A stretch of 63,352 nt of DNA, filler included, from Octopus bimaculoides (GCF_001194135.2; 4 parts of 3 records of this genome joined end to end with filler, not necessarily neighbours in it), one strand, 5' to 3'. Shown: positions 11,831-25,372, counted from the whole stretch's first letter. Numbers and translations: made by a program. The notes: generated by a model not told the origin, from the letters alone.

Positions 11831-12919
11831 GTGTGTGTGTGTGTATGTGTGAATGTGTTTTGTATATATATATAAATAAATATATATATATAGTGAAGAC
11901 ATGTGGCTTAGTGGTTAGGGCAGTTCAATTCCTGGTTCAAAGGGTCAACCTTGTCACACACTGTNNNNNNNNNNNNNNNNNNNNNNNNNNNNNNNNNNNN
12001 NNNNNNNNNNNNNNNNNNNNNNNNNNNNNNNNNNNNNNNNNNNNNNNNNNNNNNNNNNNNNNNNNNNNNNNNNNNNNNNNNNNNNNNNNNNNNNNNNNNN
12101 NNNNNNNNNNNNNNNNNNNNNNNNNNNNNNNNNNNNNNNNNNNNNNNNNNNNNNNNNNNNNNNNNNNNNNNNNNNNNNNNNNNNNNNNNNNNNNNNNNNN
12201 NNNNNNNNNNNNNNNNNNNNNNNNNNNNNNNNNNNNNNNNNNNNNNNNNNNNNNNNNNNNNNNNNNNNNNNNNNNNNNNNNNNNNNNNNNNNNNNNNNNN
12301 NNNNNNNNNNNNNNNNNNNNNNNNNNNNNNNNNNNNNNNNNNNNNNNNNNNNNNNNNNNNNNNNNNNNNNNNNNNNNNNNNNNNNNNNNNNNNNNNNNNN
12401 NNNNNNNNNNNNNNNNNNNNNNNNNNNNNNNNNNNNNNNNNNNNNNNNNNNNNNNNNNNNNNNNNNNNNNNNNNNNNNNNNNNNNNNNNNNNNNNNNNNN
12501 NNNNNNNNNNNNNNNNNNNNNNNNNNNNNNNNNNNNNNNNNNNNNNNNNNNNNNNNNNNNNNNNNNNNNNNNNNNNNNNNNNNNNNNNNNNNNNNNNNNN
12601 NNNNNNNNNNNNNNNNNNNNNNNNNNNNNNNNNNNNNNNNNNNNNNNNNNNNNNNNNNNNNNNNNNNNNNNNNNNNNNNNNNNNNNNNNNNNNNNNNNNN
12701 NNNNNNNNNNNNNNNNNNNNNNNNNNNNNNNNNNNNNNNNNNNNNNNNNNNNNNNNNNNNNNNNNNNNNNNNNNNNNNNNNNNNNNNNNNNNNNNNNNNN
12801 NNNNNNNNNNNNNNNNNNNNNNNNNNNNNNNNNNNNNNNNNNNNNNNNNNNNNNNNNNNNNNNNNNNNNNNNNNNNNNNNNNNNNNNNNNNNNNNNNNNN
12901 NNNNNNNNNNNNNNNNNGT

Positions 12920-12968
<49 letters not shown>

Positions 12969-14504
12969 TATAAACATGTGTACGTATGCATACATATGTA
13001 AATACGTAGATATATATTCATGCATATGTACATAAATGTATATATATATATGTATGAAAATATAAGTATATGTGTATATATATGCATGTATATGTATATA
13101 TATATCTATTTGTGTATGCATGTGTATATGTATTTATGTATGTATATATGTATACAAGTTCATTCACTTATTAATGTTATCTACATATTTTCGATAGAAA
13201 CTCGACCCAGCATTTAATGAATATTCAAGTAATGTGTTCGTGGTTGGTTAATGGTTTTGAGGTGGAGCTGAAGAAGGAACGATGACTCTCACAATATGCA
13301 TATACACCCATTGCCTGTTTTTCTATTTTTGATCGCATTTTTTACATAGATGTGTTCGTATATGAAACGTCATAACATTCAGTGTTGGCTTTAATTTCTA
13401 TGGAGAATCGGTAGAGATAACTTTAAAATATGATTGAATAGCACTGCTAAGACAGGTAGGACGCAATATAAACATATAAACCTTTGATTTACTTGTAGCA
13501 TAATATCGTTGCATAATTGAAATACTGCGTCTCTACCAACANNNNNNNNNNNNNNNNNNNNNNNNNNNNNNNNNNNNNNNNNNNNNNNNNNNNNNNNNNN
13601 NNNNNNNNNNNNNNNNNNNNNNNNNNNNNNNNNNNNNNNNNAAAAAAAAAAAAGTATCAAGGTCATATAGGTTCGAATAAATTCACACTAAATTTATTAG
13701 ATCGAACTAGCTGAACGCTATTTATCCGGTATTTTAGATAGTTTTAAATGTATGGTCTTCACTTTGAAAATGAAGATCGACACCAAATCAAGTGCAAAAT
13801 GTTTAAAAACAAACAGGATAGCCAATATGTGTGGGTTGCAATTGTCACATCATAAGTAAATTGTAGACGGTTTTCTGTAAACATGGAAGTAGTCTATTGC
13901 TCATTTCGCCATACGAACCGTGTTGGCTTCATCTCATAAGATATACATCGTTATTTGTAACTGTGAACAGGAACTACTTATAAACAATTGTACATTTTTC
14001 ACCAAAAAGCAAATATGAGATTTTCTCTCGTGGCATCTGCCGCCGTATAGTTTGTTCCAACAGAACACCCACGTTTAAGCGAAGATAAACATCACCTCTC
14101 GGTGTTAAGACTACCTCTGTTGCTAATAAATATTTTTTTAACAAGTTCACTGGCTAATCCCGACATCAGCGTCTGTTCTGACATTGTCAATCTATATATC
14201 GCTAATGAATCGCTGCCATCTCCAGCGGTCGAGCGTCTATCATAGACGAGATCAAGGAAGGTCGAAATGACGTGATCTGGTGGTCTCGGCGCTGGAGATG
14301 GCAGGAATTTATCTCCCCGCTAGCGATGTAAACAGTTGTGAATTTGGCACCAAAAGCCAATATGAGAGTTTCTCTCATGGTAACAACTGCAGTACGATTT
14401 GTTCTAAGAGAACATCTTCTATTAAGTGGCGATACATGTTACCTCTCGACATATGTATCTGCTTTTACCACTAATAAATATTTCTGGTTTGATAGATACG
14501 TATA

Positions 14505-14710
14505 CGAGGGGGTGCTGTAAAGTTCCTCTCCTGAAGTAAAAGTAAATACAGGAGAATCAGTTAATTATGATTTTATTCAACTTAATCAATTCTCAGATTC
14601 ACACACTTATTGCAGCTGTCCTTCAGTTTAAAAGAACTCGGAAGGCTGGGTCTCTAACCAGTCCTTTCGAGATACCCTTAAAACCAGGAACTTTTGAGCA
14701 CTCCTTCATG
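14505..14710. mobile_element. Mariner-type MITE, copy 1
   Basis: TIRs CGAGGGGGTGCTGTAAAGTTCCT / AGGAACTTTTGAGCAC, TA flanks; second copy at 15093-15313. Confidence 0.8.
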
Positions 14711-14878
14711 TATATGTATCTATTCATTTATCTATCTCCCCCCTCTCTCTCTGTATATATATATTATAACAATAATAATAAAGGGTAAAAATCATTAATG
14801 ATTTTTACCAAGTGGTCAGCGCGGAAGTAAAACCTCATAGGTAAATTTTATAAATATTTTATAATTATATATATATAT

Positions 14879-15057
14879 TATAACAAGGGCTTGGCCGTGC
14901 CTCGCCACGCTCTGAAAAATAGACGTCAAAAGACACTATTAACACCAAAAATTCTCCGAGAAAAAACACTACTACGCGGACAATTTATGTTGTTAATAGT
15001 GTCTTTTGACGTCTATTTTTCAATGTGTGGCGAAGCACAAGCCAAGTTCTTGATATA
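14879..15057. mobile_element. Fold-back MITE with ~65-bp inverted arms
   Basis: Perfect 32-bp inverted core 14913-14944 / 14991-15022 with imperfect outer arms, set in TA-rich sequence. Confidence 0.8.
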
Positions 15058-15092
15058 ATTATGTATAGAATTATAATATATATATATATATA

Positions 15093-15313
15093 CAAGCGGG
15101 GTGGGGTCGAAAAGTCCCTAGCTTTGGGTAAAAGAAAATACGGGAGGATCAGTTAATTATGATTTTATTCAACATATTCCCCTTTTAGATTCACACGCTT
15201 ATTGCAGTGGTCTTTCAGTTTTTCTAAAACCTGTAAAAGAACTCGGAAGGTTGGGTCTCCGACCAGGCATTTTGCGATACCCTTAAATCCAGGAACTTTT
15301 CAGCACCTCTTCG
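15093..15313. mobile_element. Mariner-type MITE, copy 2
   Basis: Internal sequence aligns with 14505-14710; TA flanks. Confidence 0.8.
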
Positions 15314-15727
15314 TATGAATAGGTTGCGACACTGCAGCTACCGAGAACAAACGATGGAATCTCTATATGGCGAGTCCATCTTATTTTATTTTAATCTTAT
15401 CTTTAGTCAGAGGAGAAGGCAGAACCTATCAGGCCTTCAAAGAGGAAGATATCTTTAAATCAGAGACCCTTTTCCTGACTGCTTGCAACAGAGAGGATTC
15501 TACAAAAGGTACCCAAAGTATCAGGGGTCAGTGTTAAATCGGGTAGTGAGTGAACGCTACGACCGGCTTGAAGCAGTAGCTAAATTCCCTCAAACCATCT
15601 TTTGAAAAGAATATTGTGTAGAATAACGTGGTCTCTGGTTCCTAGCTCGAAAGAAAATGACGAGATGGTTACGGATAGAATGCCTTTGATCAGGGATATG
15701 TTTGATCAGTGCTGAACTGGGAGTGCA

Positions 15728-16098
15728 CACCACCACCACCACCACTACCACCACCACCACCACCNNNNNNNNNNNNNNNNNNNNNNNNNNNNNNNNNNNN
15801 NNNNNNNNNNNNNNNNNNNNNNNNNNNNNNNNNNNNNNNNNNNNNNNNNNNNNNNNACCACAACTACCACCACCACCATCACCACCACAACTACGTCCAC
15901 CACCACCACCATCACCACAACTACCACCATCACCACCACAACTACCACCACCACCACTACCACCGCCACCATTACTACCACCACTACTCCACCATTACCA
16001 CCATTACTACCACCATTACCACCACCATTACCACCATCACCACTACAGCTGCCGCCATCACCACCACCACCTCCACCACCACCAGCAACAACAATAAC
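15728..16098. repeat. (ACC)n/(ACT)n trinucleotide tract, gapped
   Basis: Direct reading. Confidence 0.9.
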
Positions 16099-17257
16099 TA
16101 GCAATTCTTTCCATCAATCCTCTCAAGTGAAAGCTATTCAGGACATACAGCGTCTCTCGCTTCTTTTTAAGATCCATAAATATCAAACCAAAGTGAGCTT
16201 TACAAAGAAACACGTTCTGCCCTGAAGACATTTACTAATGAAGATTTAGAGGTATCGGCATTGGTTGTATCGTATTTCTGTGCAATCGAGATTCTTTCAG
16301 CTCTTGAATTCCAGATGAGAAATACAGACAAAAGCAAATATATTTGCCGATATATTTATCAATATCTTTATATATTCGCTAAAGTATATTTACCAATATT
16401 ATTTGTAATGAAAATAAAAGTCACCAAGTCGAAGACAAGATTGCCAACATGAAAAAGTTGTATAAGGTTTTGATGCTAAACTAGTTATCCGGAGGCCTTT
16501 ATCTTAGATAACGGCCGAAACAGAAAGACAAGGAAAATAAGCGGTGGAAGCGAACATCTGCTACTTCAGGATGACTCACTTAAGTAAACACCTTACCAAT
16601 ACGACGGTTATACAAAGAGAAGGGCTGCTCAATTCGGATTTTTTCTTCTAAAAAGCTACATGTCTAAACAAACAAACTCTATGATTCTAACAGAAGATCC
16701 ACACTAGCGAACTAGTTGTTTGGAAGAACCGACAAATGTTTTAGATCATACGTGGTGTACAGTGCTTCAACGAATGTCTAACGAGCTTTACTCAGGCGTT
16801 AATATCGGGTATCATTTACTCACTAGGAAGCATATGGCCGAACAAGCCTCGTCAATTAAAATACATCTCGGCAGTTGTTAAAATAGAGTGAAATAATAAT
16901 GTTAAGACTTTCTTGGAAACGCCATTAACTTGTATACGAAGGAAGTAATAATGGTTAGATGTCTGCGATCACAGTTTAAGAATAGTCATGCGATTCTTAA
17001 CTGTCAACACTTTATTACATGATTTTGTCATCACAACCCACGCCCGTTCGTCACATGTGTATGTCTATGTTTATCGCGGCACACATATCGTCCTCTCATT
17101 GTGTGTATGTGTGTATGTATGTCTATCACAACCACAGATCGCCTTCTCATTGTGTGTAAGTGTGTATGTCCGTGTATGTCTAATCACAGGCCACTCTTCG
17201 TCTTCTTAATTTGTCTGTGTGTATGTTTGTGTGTGCGCGCCTTTATGCATGTGTACT

Positions 17258-17298
<41 letters not shown>

Positions 17299-17308
17299 NN
17301 NNNNNNNN

Positions 17309-17354
<46 letters not shown>

Positions 17355-17574
17355 AAGCCCACACATCTTAGTCCCACAGTTTGCAAGTCATTAAAGTTTT
17401 TGTTTATTTCCGAAACTGACTTCTTATTTATAATGGTTTACTTCAAGATTTGAGATTGTCAATGTTTGAAATGGAGCAAAATCATTCTACTACTCAAAAT
17501 GATTTCTAGAAGTAATCATCAAAATAATTAACGAGATAATTACTGGGTTATTTTGCATTCATTGTTTTACTTGA

Positions 17575-17930
17575 AAATGAGGATGGTGAACTGGCAGAAT
17601 CGTTGGCGCATCTGAAAAATACTTTGCGGCGTTCCTGCTCTTTAAATTCCAAATTTAAACTCCGGTGGGGTCAAATCCACCTTCGATTTCTCCGGTTTCA
17701 GTAAAATAAAGTAATAGTTATTGAAATAATGTACCAGAGGAGAGATGTGATGATCTAATCGACTAATTTTCTCCATTCAAACTACCTGTCTAAATTGTCA
17801 AGCAATCACGTCCTGAATTCAAATTCCACCGAAGTCGACTTTGCCTTTCATCCTTTCGGGATTGATACAATAATTATCAGTCATGTACTGGAGTCGATGT
17901 AATCGACTAGCACCGTCCTACAGATTTCCT
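17575..17930 (+). mobile_element. Two partial SINE family B copies
   Basis: GAACTGGCAGAATCGTT head at about 17590; GAAGTCGACTTTGCCTTTCATCCTTTCGGG core at about 17830. Confidence 0.75.
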
Positions 17931-18924
17931 TCAAAATAAACAATATCAAAAAGGAGGGAATAAGTAATCCAAGAAGTTCTTAGCTATACCTAACTAAAAG
18001 GCGGAATGGTCATGGATGTAATGTCATTGACTATGGGGTCTATTTGATAAGAGATGATTCCGAAGCTGAACAACCAAATCTAATCGACAAGGAACCGATA
18101 TTTGTATATGGTAGCGATCTACACTTTTTATATGGTGCCACATATGCTAAACTCCTCACCATAGTTTTTTTAACCATTTCCTTGTCTTGTGTATCACACG
18201 TAACACAATCGACATATTTCACCAGCGTCCATGCAGTGTTATAATATGATGCATATTCCTAATTCTTTTTTTTTCCAACCATGACAGCAACTAGGTTCTT
18301 ATGCAACGAAAGCTTTATATTACTCAGAAAGCATGAGACGAGAGATGATTAAAAGCCTGAAGATAAACGTGGACGTTTAAGACAAACTTATGAAATGCGT
18401 TGGACAGGAAAAGAATTAGTAGAAGAAAAGGCGAGGAGGGAGATAATCAGAAATATTTCATTATGTCTTAGTGATTAATCAACTTTTATTATGTCTTAAT
18501 GAGAAATCAAATCACTGTAGTCGATATTTAACTTTCAGGCTTCTGATTGTTTGCAAAACAAGGATTAAAGAAGTACTTCAGGACTTGACTGGCTCTCATT
18601 TTATCGGCCCTAACCCCAACCGTTTCTTCCAAATATTATATATAAAAGCTAAACTTTGTTGATTCTGATGACTCACAGACTGTTTGTAGGTGTAACAGAA
18701 GAGTACACAGAGGCACATTTTGTAAACAAACTCTTATCTTTGTGTCATATTTGAAATTATGAGATAAGAGATTTTGATGAAAGGAATGGTTAAAAATAGT
18801 CAAAGAAACATTTAAAAACTGCAAAACACAAGAACCGGAACGACTAAAGACCAACATTATTCCAACCAGCAAAGAAGAAACGCCCCAATATATACATTCA
18901 TATATACATGTGTATGTGTATATG

Positions 18925-18966
<42 letters not shown>

Positions 18967-19604
18967 CGTATGTATATATAGTACATTTTTAACAGTAACT
19001 TCATTTAAAATGACATCATTTAAAAATATTTAATTCCCTTTAATATGGCCATGATTAAGACACTTAACGTTAAACGAACAATTCCATCTGGTTCCTATAC
19101 ATATACATAGTTATATGAATATATNNNNNNNNNNNNNNNNNNNNNNNNNNNNNNNNNNNNNNNNNNNNNNNNNNNNNNNNNNNNNNNNNNNNNNNNNNNN
19201 NNNNNNNNNNNNNNNNNNNNNNNNNNNNNNNNNNNNNNNNNNNNNNNNNNNNNNNNNNNNNNNNNNNNNNNNNNNNNNNNNNNNNNNNNNNNNNNNNNNN
19301 NNNNNNNNNNNNNNNNNNNNNNNNNNNNNNNNNNNNNNNNNNNNNNNNNNNNNNNNNNNNNNNNNNNNNNNNNNNNNNNNNNNNNNNNNNNNNNNNNNNN
19401 NNNNNNNNNNNNNNNNNNNNNNNNNNNNNNNNNNNNNNNNNNNNNNNNNNNNNNNNNNNNNNNNNNNNNNNNNNNNNNNNNNNNNNNNNNNNNNNNNNNN
19501 NNNNNNNNNNNNNNNNNNNNNNNNNNNNNNNNNNNNNNNNNNNNNNNNNNNNNNNNNNNNNNNNNNNNNNNNNNNNNNNNNNNNNNNNNNNNNNNNNNNN
19601 NNNN

Positions 19605-19637
<33 letters not shown>

Positions 19638-19699
19638 CAATCTATCCATATAAATATAATATACACACTCATACACACACACACACACAAACACGCATA

Positions 19700-19740
<41 letters not shown>

Positions 19741-20489
19741 GAATACTCGAAATGAGGAGTAGATAGACAGCTGACAAATGATGAAGGAACATTTCTCTGT
19801 GTTTGCTTGTCCAGTTTTCCATTTTTTTTGTCGTTGCTTACTTATTTCATGTTATTTGCACCGTTGGCAACGTCCTGTACCTATGTATGAATGTATATAT
19901 ATATAATATCATTCACACGTATATCTATCTCTCTCTCTATATATATGTATGTATATTACATATTTAAGTAAATAACTACTGGTAAGTTCATTAAAAAAGA
20001 ACATAATTCACTTTACTGTGCCTATGCCTAAAGCACTTATCATTCAACAAGTTGCTCCTGATTTATTGTCTTCTTTGGGCTAGCCGTTAAAGTTTCATAG
20101 ATCCAGGTCATCTGGTTCACTGGACAGTGTCCTTGACTAAGACTCTTGACTTATAACAACTCACTCCATCTATTTTACTGGACTGTATCCTTGAAGAAAA
20201 AACTTAACTCTTAACGAGATTGTCTACGTAGCTCTGGAGTTGTCTCTGCTCAGTGTAGGAATAATTTAAGATGAAAAACATGACAAACATTGCAGCATTG
20301 TTGAGAATTTCTTCGTCTGATCGTGCAAAGTTCAAGTCAAAAGAAATCTACCTGTGTACTATCCATTGGTATTTTCATCTCACATCAATTTTATGGCACT
20401 ACCAAAGCTAGTCTTGAATTCGTATACAATGGGTCGATGTTACTCGGAGAGGATTAACTCATATTGGATGTAATAAATAGGGGAATATA

Positions 20490-20600
20490 AAAGGCGAGCT
20501 GGTCGAATTGATAGCAGTCCGAATAAAATTCATATCGGCATTTCGTCCGTTTTTGCGTTCTGAGTTCGAATTTTTGATTGTCCATCGTTACGATGAAAGG
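20490..20600 (+). mobile_element. SINE family B fragment
   Basis: AAGGCGAGCTGG..GGCATTTCGTCC..TTCTGAGTTCGAATT. Confidence 0.65.
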
Positions 20601-21268
20601 AAATTTTTTGAAGTCATGACTAGAATGAAATGTGGCTGTTGTTCCCGCAGATCCACCGACAAGATAGAGGCTTGCTGTTGTCCAGCTTATATATTTGTCA
20701 GGTGATAGTATAAAGGCATAATTCAAAAGCAATAATTCTAACGTTAAGCTTAAACCTAAGCCAAAACAAGTCCAATAGTGGCTCGTGCCTGTATATCAAC
20801 ACCTACATAACAAAGAAAAGAAAGCACTTTCTTTGGTAGATTTAGAGGAAACGCATGCATGAGTGCCACTTGCAACATATCTAATATACATCTAGCAATA
20901 GTAATAACTGTGTGACAGTTTGCAATTTACCATCATAAATATTGTCAAATCAGATAATCTAAAAAGCATTATTATCCACCATTATGGAAAGAAAACGAAA
21001 TGTGATCTTGCAATTTTAGGCGATGATAATTTTCAAAAAGCAAAGACCAAAATTAGAAATATCGTGACCCGGAAATATGGACAATAATATGAAAATAATG
21101 CCGTTGATCTTTGGAACTCTTGGTATAAAAAGAACTACTTAGACTCCCACACATGTACATACATACAAACATACATACATACATATATATATGATATGTG
21201 TGTGTGTGTGTGTGTGTATTTTATTACTTATATATATATATAATATATATGTGTATATGAATATATAT

Positions 21269-21368
21269 NNNNNNNNNNNNNNNNNNNNNNNNNNNNNNNN
21301 NNNNNNNNNNNNTTAATTAATTAANNNNNNNNNNNNNNNNNNNNNNNNNNNNNNNNNNNNNNNNNNNN
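21269..21368. other. Synthetic scaffold-join spacer N44-TTAATTAATTAA-N44
   Basis: Identical 100-bp construct at 49519-49618 and 60901-61000. Confidence 0.9.
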
Positions 21369-23091
21369 TGGATCACTGCCATTTACGGCGGCATCAAATC
21401 CATAGTCCACATAAACGGTTACCTGAGGGTGCCGTTTAAGCTCGAGCGCTCGGTTCATCAAGGGTGCTCCTGTCTCCGCTTCTGTATGTACTGGCTCTTG
21501 AGCCATTGCTGCGGAGGCTGGAGTGTTTGGGGGGCATCCCCAATGAATTGGGATGTGGTAAATCTGTTTCTGTATATGCGGATGACGTCACCATCCGATG
21601 AAGCTCAGCTACCTTGTGTAGAGGATGCAATCAAGGGATATGAGGCGGTGGCAGGGGCAAAAATTAACAAGGACAAGTCCATCGGCTTGCGGCTAGACAC
21701 CTGGAGTGGCAAGACGATAATGTCTAGTGTTGTGGAGCACTGGATGGAAGGTCCTGTTAAATTGCTTGGAATCTAGTTTGGACCGGATTCTCAGACGGAG
21801 AAGAATTGGAGTGACGTGGCAGGTAGGGTGGAGGCCCTAAAACGGACCTGGTCCGGAAGGGCGCTATCCCTGAAAGGGAGGGCAGAGGTGGTGCAGGTGT
21901 ATATTGCGTCGGTTATCACTTACCGTCTGACCGTTGTCCCTTGCTCTGATTCGCGGCTAAGCAGCTTGGAACACCTTCTATTCTGCTTTTTGTGGAGGGG
22001 AGGAAAACCGCATGTGAGGCGCTCTGTTTGCTGCCAAGAACCGCTAAAGGGTGGGTTAGGGATGCCGTGGTTAATGATGTGCAGACATGCGCTGAGGCTA
22101 AGGCACCTCTGTCTCTATCTGCATGGTGACCAGGTGTGGAATACGTTGGCAGAGAAATTCCTTCCGCGACTGGAGGAACTCAAACACAACTTCATTAAAA
22201 GACGTAACACGACTGAATGGCAAAAGGAGTGCCGACAGGCACTCGTGTTAATCCACAAGGCTGGCAGCAGGAATACCACCTCGGTATTCTATAGAGGGTT
22301 GGTAGAGTTTAAGGGGGATGACGCCCTAAGAGAAGCTCTGGGGCTCGATGAGAGCCAGCTAGCCAACCTGTTTCAAAGAACTTTCGGGCTGGGGTACCTG
22401 GATAACTACCAGAAATCCCTGACTTGGCAGTGCTATAGGAGTGCGTTACCTGTTCGAGACAAATTGTCTAGGCATGGATTGTCTTGCCACCGGCATGCTC
22501 GAGGGGCGGACAGGACGATAAAACCGTTCTGCACGCCCTTGTACAGTGCTCGGAGATTTCGGGCTTGATAATTTACGGAGAACACGTGCTATCGCATCTA
22601 GGAAGAGTATAACTGTCTGATCGAGATTGTACCGAGATTGAATCCATGATCGAGATTGTACCGCCACCCGGTCTATCAAAGAAAGGTGAGGCATGTTTTT
22701 TTTTATGCACAGTCGCAATATTGAAAGAGTGTATATGGAAAACTAGAATGAAATGAGTCGCGACGGGAACTTTCATCTCCGGCTCTGGTTTGCTATATTA
22801 CTTCAGATATCATCTGAAGTGCAAGATAAGACTGGAGAGGAGACACCTGTCATGAAGTATATTTGGAAAAAGATGGAAGGATGTGGCAAGGAAGTTGGGT
22901 ATGAATGACCCTACTTAATCTCATTCATGGTAGAAAAATATGGTGTAGCTGTTGGGCTTCATGGCTAAGGGTAAACTTGTAAAACTTATTTTTAAAACCA
23001 CTTTAAAAAGAACTCATAAACACACTATTTGTTTGCAATGTCCTGTGTTGTCCCATCTATGTGTGATATATAATTATCGTAATAATGAATC
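21369..23091 (+). mobile_element. L1/Tx1-clade LINE, 3' part of ORF2 (RT, C-terminal Zn region) plus 3' UTR; degenerate
   Basis: SVHQGC, YADDVT (frameshifted), GAKINKDKS, LSLKGRAEV, FLWRG..GGLGMP motifs typical of L1/Tx1 ORF2; stops and frameshifts; 5' end lost at a scaffold join. Confidence 0.9.
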
Positions 23092-23703
23092 ATCTCTTAG
23101 GTACATCTCATCGAAAATAGCCAAGAAGCTTGAAACATCGATGTCTCAAGATTCCTAATAGATGGCGACGCTGAAAGGACCTGGTGTTTTTACATCTTTT
23201 TATCATAGGAGAGGTTTTTCTCCACAGTGCTGCAGTGTATTTGCCTTTTAGCAGTTGAAATATGTGACAAACATATTTCAACTTACCTAATTCTGTTCGT
23301 ACATAATCACTGCTTAGCGCTAATAATTAGTTATATATATATATAAATACACACACACACACGCACACGCACACACACATACACATACACACACACGCAC
23401 ACACACACGCACACACACACACACACGCACACTTTGTAATACTTGGGGATGGTCATACGTTTTGCTAATTAAATACATACACTGTCAAAGTTTTTTCGTC
23501 ACACATTCTGTTACTTCTTCAGCGACTCTCTGTCCCATGTGTCTCCCCTTGCTTATTCTGTATGTGTGTGTGTATATATACAATATCTGCTTAAACTAGA
23601 AACCCTTAAACAAGTATTACTTTTATCAGGAGTAGAATCTCTTTGAAGAACACTCATGCAATATCTATTTTTGGTAACGCATGAGTATGTGTGTGTTTGT
23701 GTG

Positions 23704-23765
<62 letters not shown>

Positions 23766-23914
23766 CGCATGTGTGTGTGCGCATGTGTGTGTGCATGTGT
23801 GTGTGAGTGTGTGAGTGGGTTTCTCAAATGTCAGACCGTCAAATTATGTATGTGTGTAGTGATATTGAGCGAGATAGAAAGATAAAGAGTGAGTGAAAGA
23901 GAGAGAGAGTGAGT

Positions 23915-23954
<40 letters not shown>

Positions 23955-24629
23955 TAACCCAGGATATATAGATTTATACAATGAGTAGATATTTAAAGTA
24001 AACCTTCAAAGAATTTATAAATACATAGCAAACGACGTCTCCAAAAGTTAAAGACTTGCTCCCATCAGGGAAGCAATACCATACTATTAATAGCTATTCT
24101 ATCTAAAAATAATGATAATATATTAAGCAAATCCGTACATACAAGCACACACAGACACACACACATACTCGCACACATGTATTTATACATATACAATAGA
24201 TAGAGAAGAAAAACAAACTAGAATTGAATCTGAAATTTACAAGTGACCCATGAGTCCAAAGTTCAGGAAGCGACAATACCGGAGACCCACAGGTCCAAAG
24301 TTCATAAAAATAGTAGACTCACAAATGAAAGGACAACTGGCCAGAGCTTAAAATGATTACTATATATAGAACATTGACATCCTTAAAGTTAAATGTTGCA
24401 ACGAAATGAAGAAAGATTAAAAGAGAAGAAGAAAAAATAATGAATAAGTGACATACATCGACTTAGTAAGAATCCAATATTAATAGAATTTTTTTTATTG
24501 ACAGATATTTCAGATTTATTTTGAGACAATTGTCTGAGAACATTAATTCCTTCTGGTCAATGCTGTATTCAGCAAAGGTGAATAATGGAAAAGCCATTTT
24601 TTTTTTATATATGTAGTCATTATCTAATA

Positions 24630-25250
24630 TTGGTCTCAAATTTTAGCTCATGGCCAGCAGTTTAGGGCAAGGGGTAAGTCGATTAAATCGATCCATCAGT
24701 GCTTAACTGGCATTTATTTCATAGACCTCGAAAGGATGAAAGGCAAAGTCACCCCACTCAGCAGAATTTGAACTCAGAATAAAAAGAGAACCGAAATGCC
24801 GCCAAGCATTTTGCCCGGCGTTCTAACGATTCTGCCAGGCGTTCTAACGATTCTGCCAGATCGCCGCTCTATATTATTATCGTAATATTGGCTTCAAATC
24901 TTAGCACAAGGCCAGCAATTTCGTGGGAGGGAAAAATTTGATTACATTTACACCAAAGATAGATTGGTACTTATTTCATCAACTCTGAAAGGATGAAAGG
25001 CAATGACGACCTCGGTGTAATTTATGTCATTATCTAATATTAATAGACTTACGTATACATAAACATTCAAAATTTACTTTGAAGACAATACGGAATATTT
25101 CCAAACGTTTGAAATCCACCCTGATAAAAACAAAAACAAGGTGCAAATGATATCTGCTACTACAACTAATACTTTCTAATTTTGGCACAAGGCCAGCATT
25201 TTGATGGGGAGGGGTGAAAGGCAGAGTTGACCACAGTAGAATTTGATGAA
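24630..25250 (-). mobile_element. Cluster of three SINE family B copies, partial
   Basis: Family B core in reverse at about 24630-24870, 24885-25025 and 25180-25250. Confidence 0.75.
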
Positions 25251-25372
25251 GCAGCACATATGCTAGGACACAACAACCTCCTAAGCAGACCGAGTGCAGA
25301 TATGAGCAGCATATGGGAATCGGTATTAAGGAAGGATAGGAAAATATTAGATTTATAAGCCCTAAAATTCAC

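Noticed and set aside
3868-13121. Long ORFs of 170-470 aa in the ORF track, here and at other gaps
   Set aside because: They are runs of X across N gaps flanked by dinucleotide repeats; no coding evidence
15702-16104. Extensin- or histidine-rich-like ORFs
   Set aside because: (ACC)n tract artefact; no splice or domain context
16480-16525. GGCC..GGCC-GAAAC stem as a hammerhead
   Set aside because: No CUGANGA box upstream (reads CCGGA)
18355-18390. CTGAAGA followed by a TAAACG/CGTTTA hairpin
   Set aside because: Followed by AGAC, not GAAA; no stems I or III
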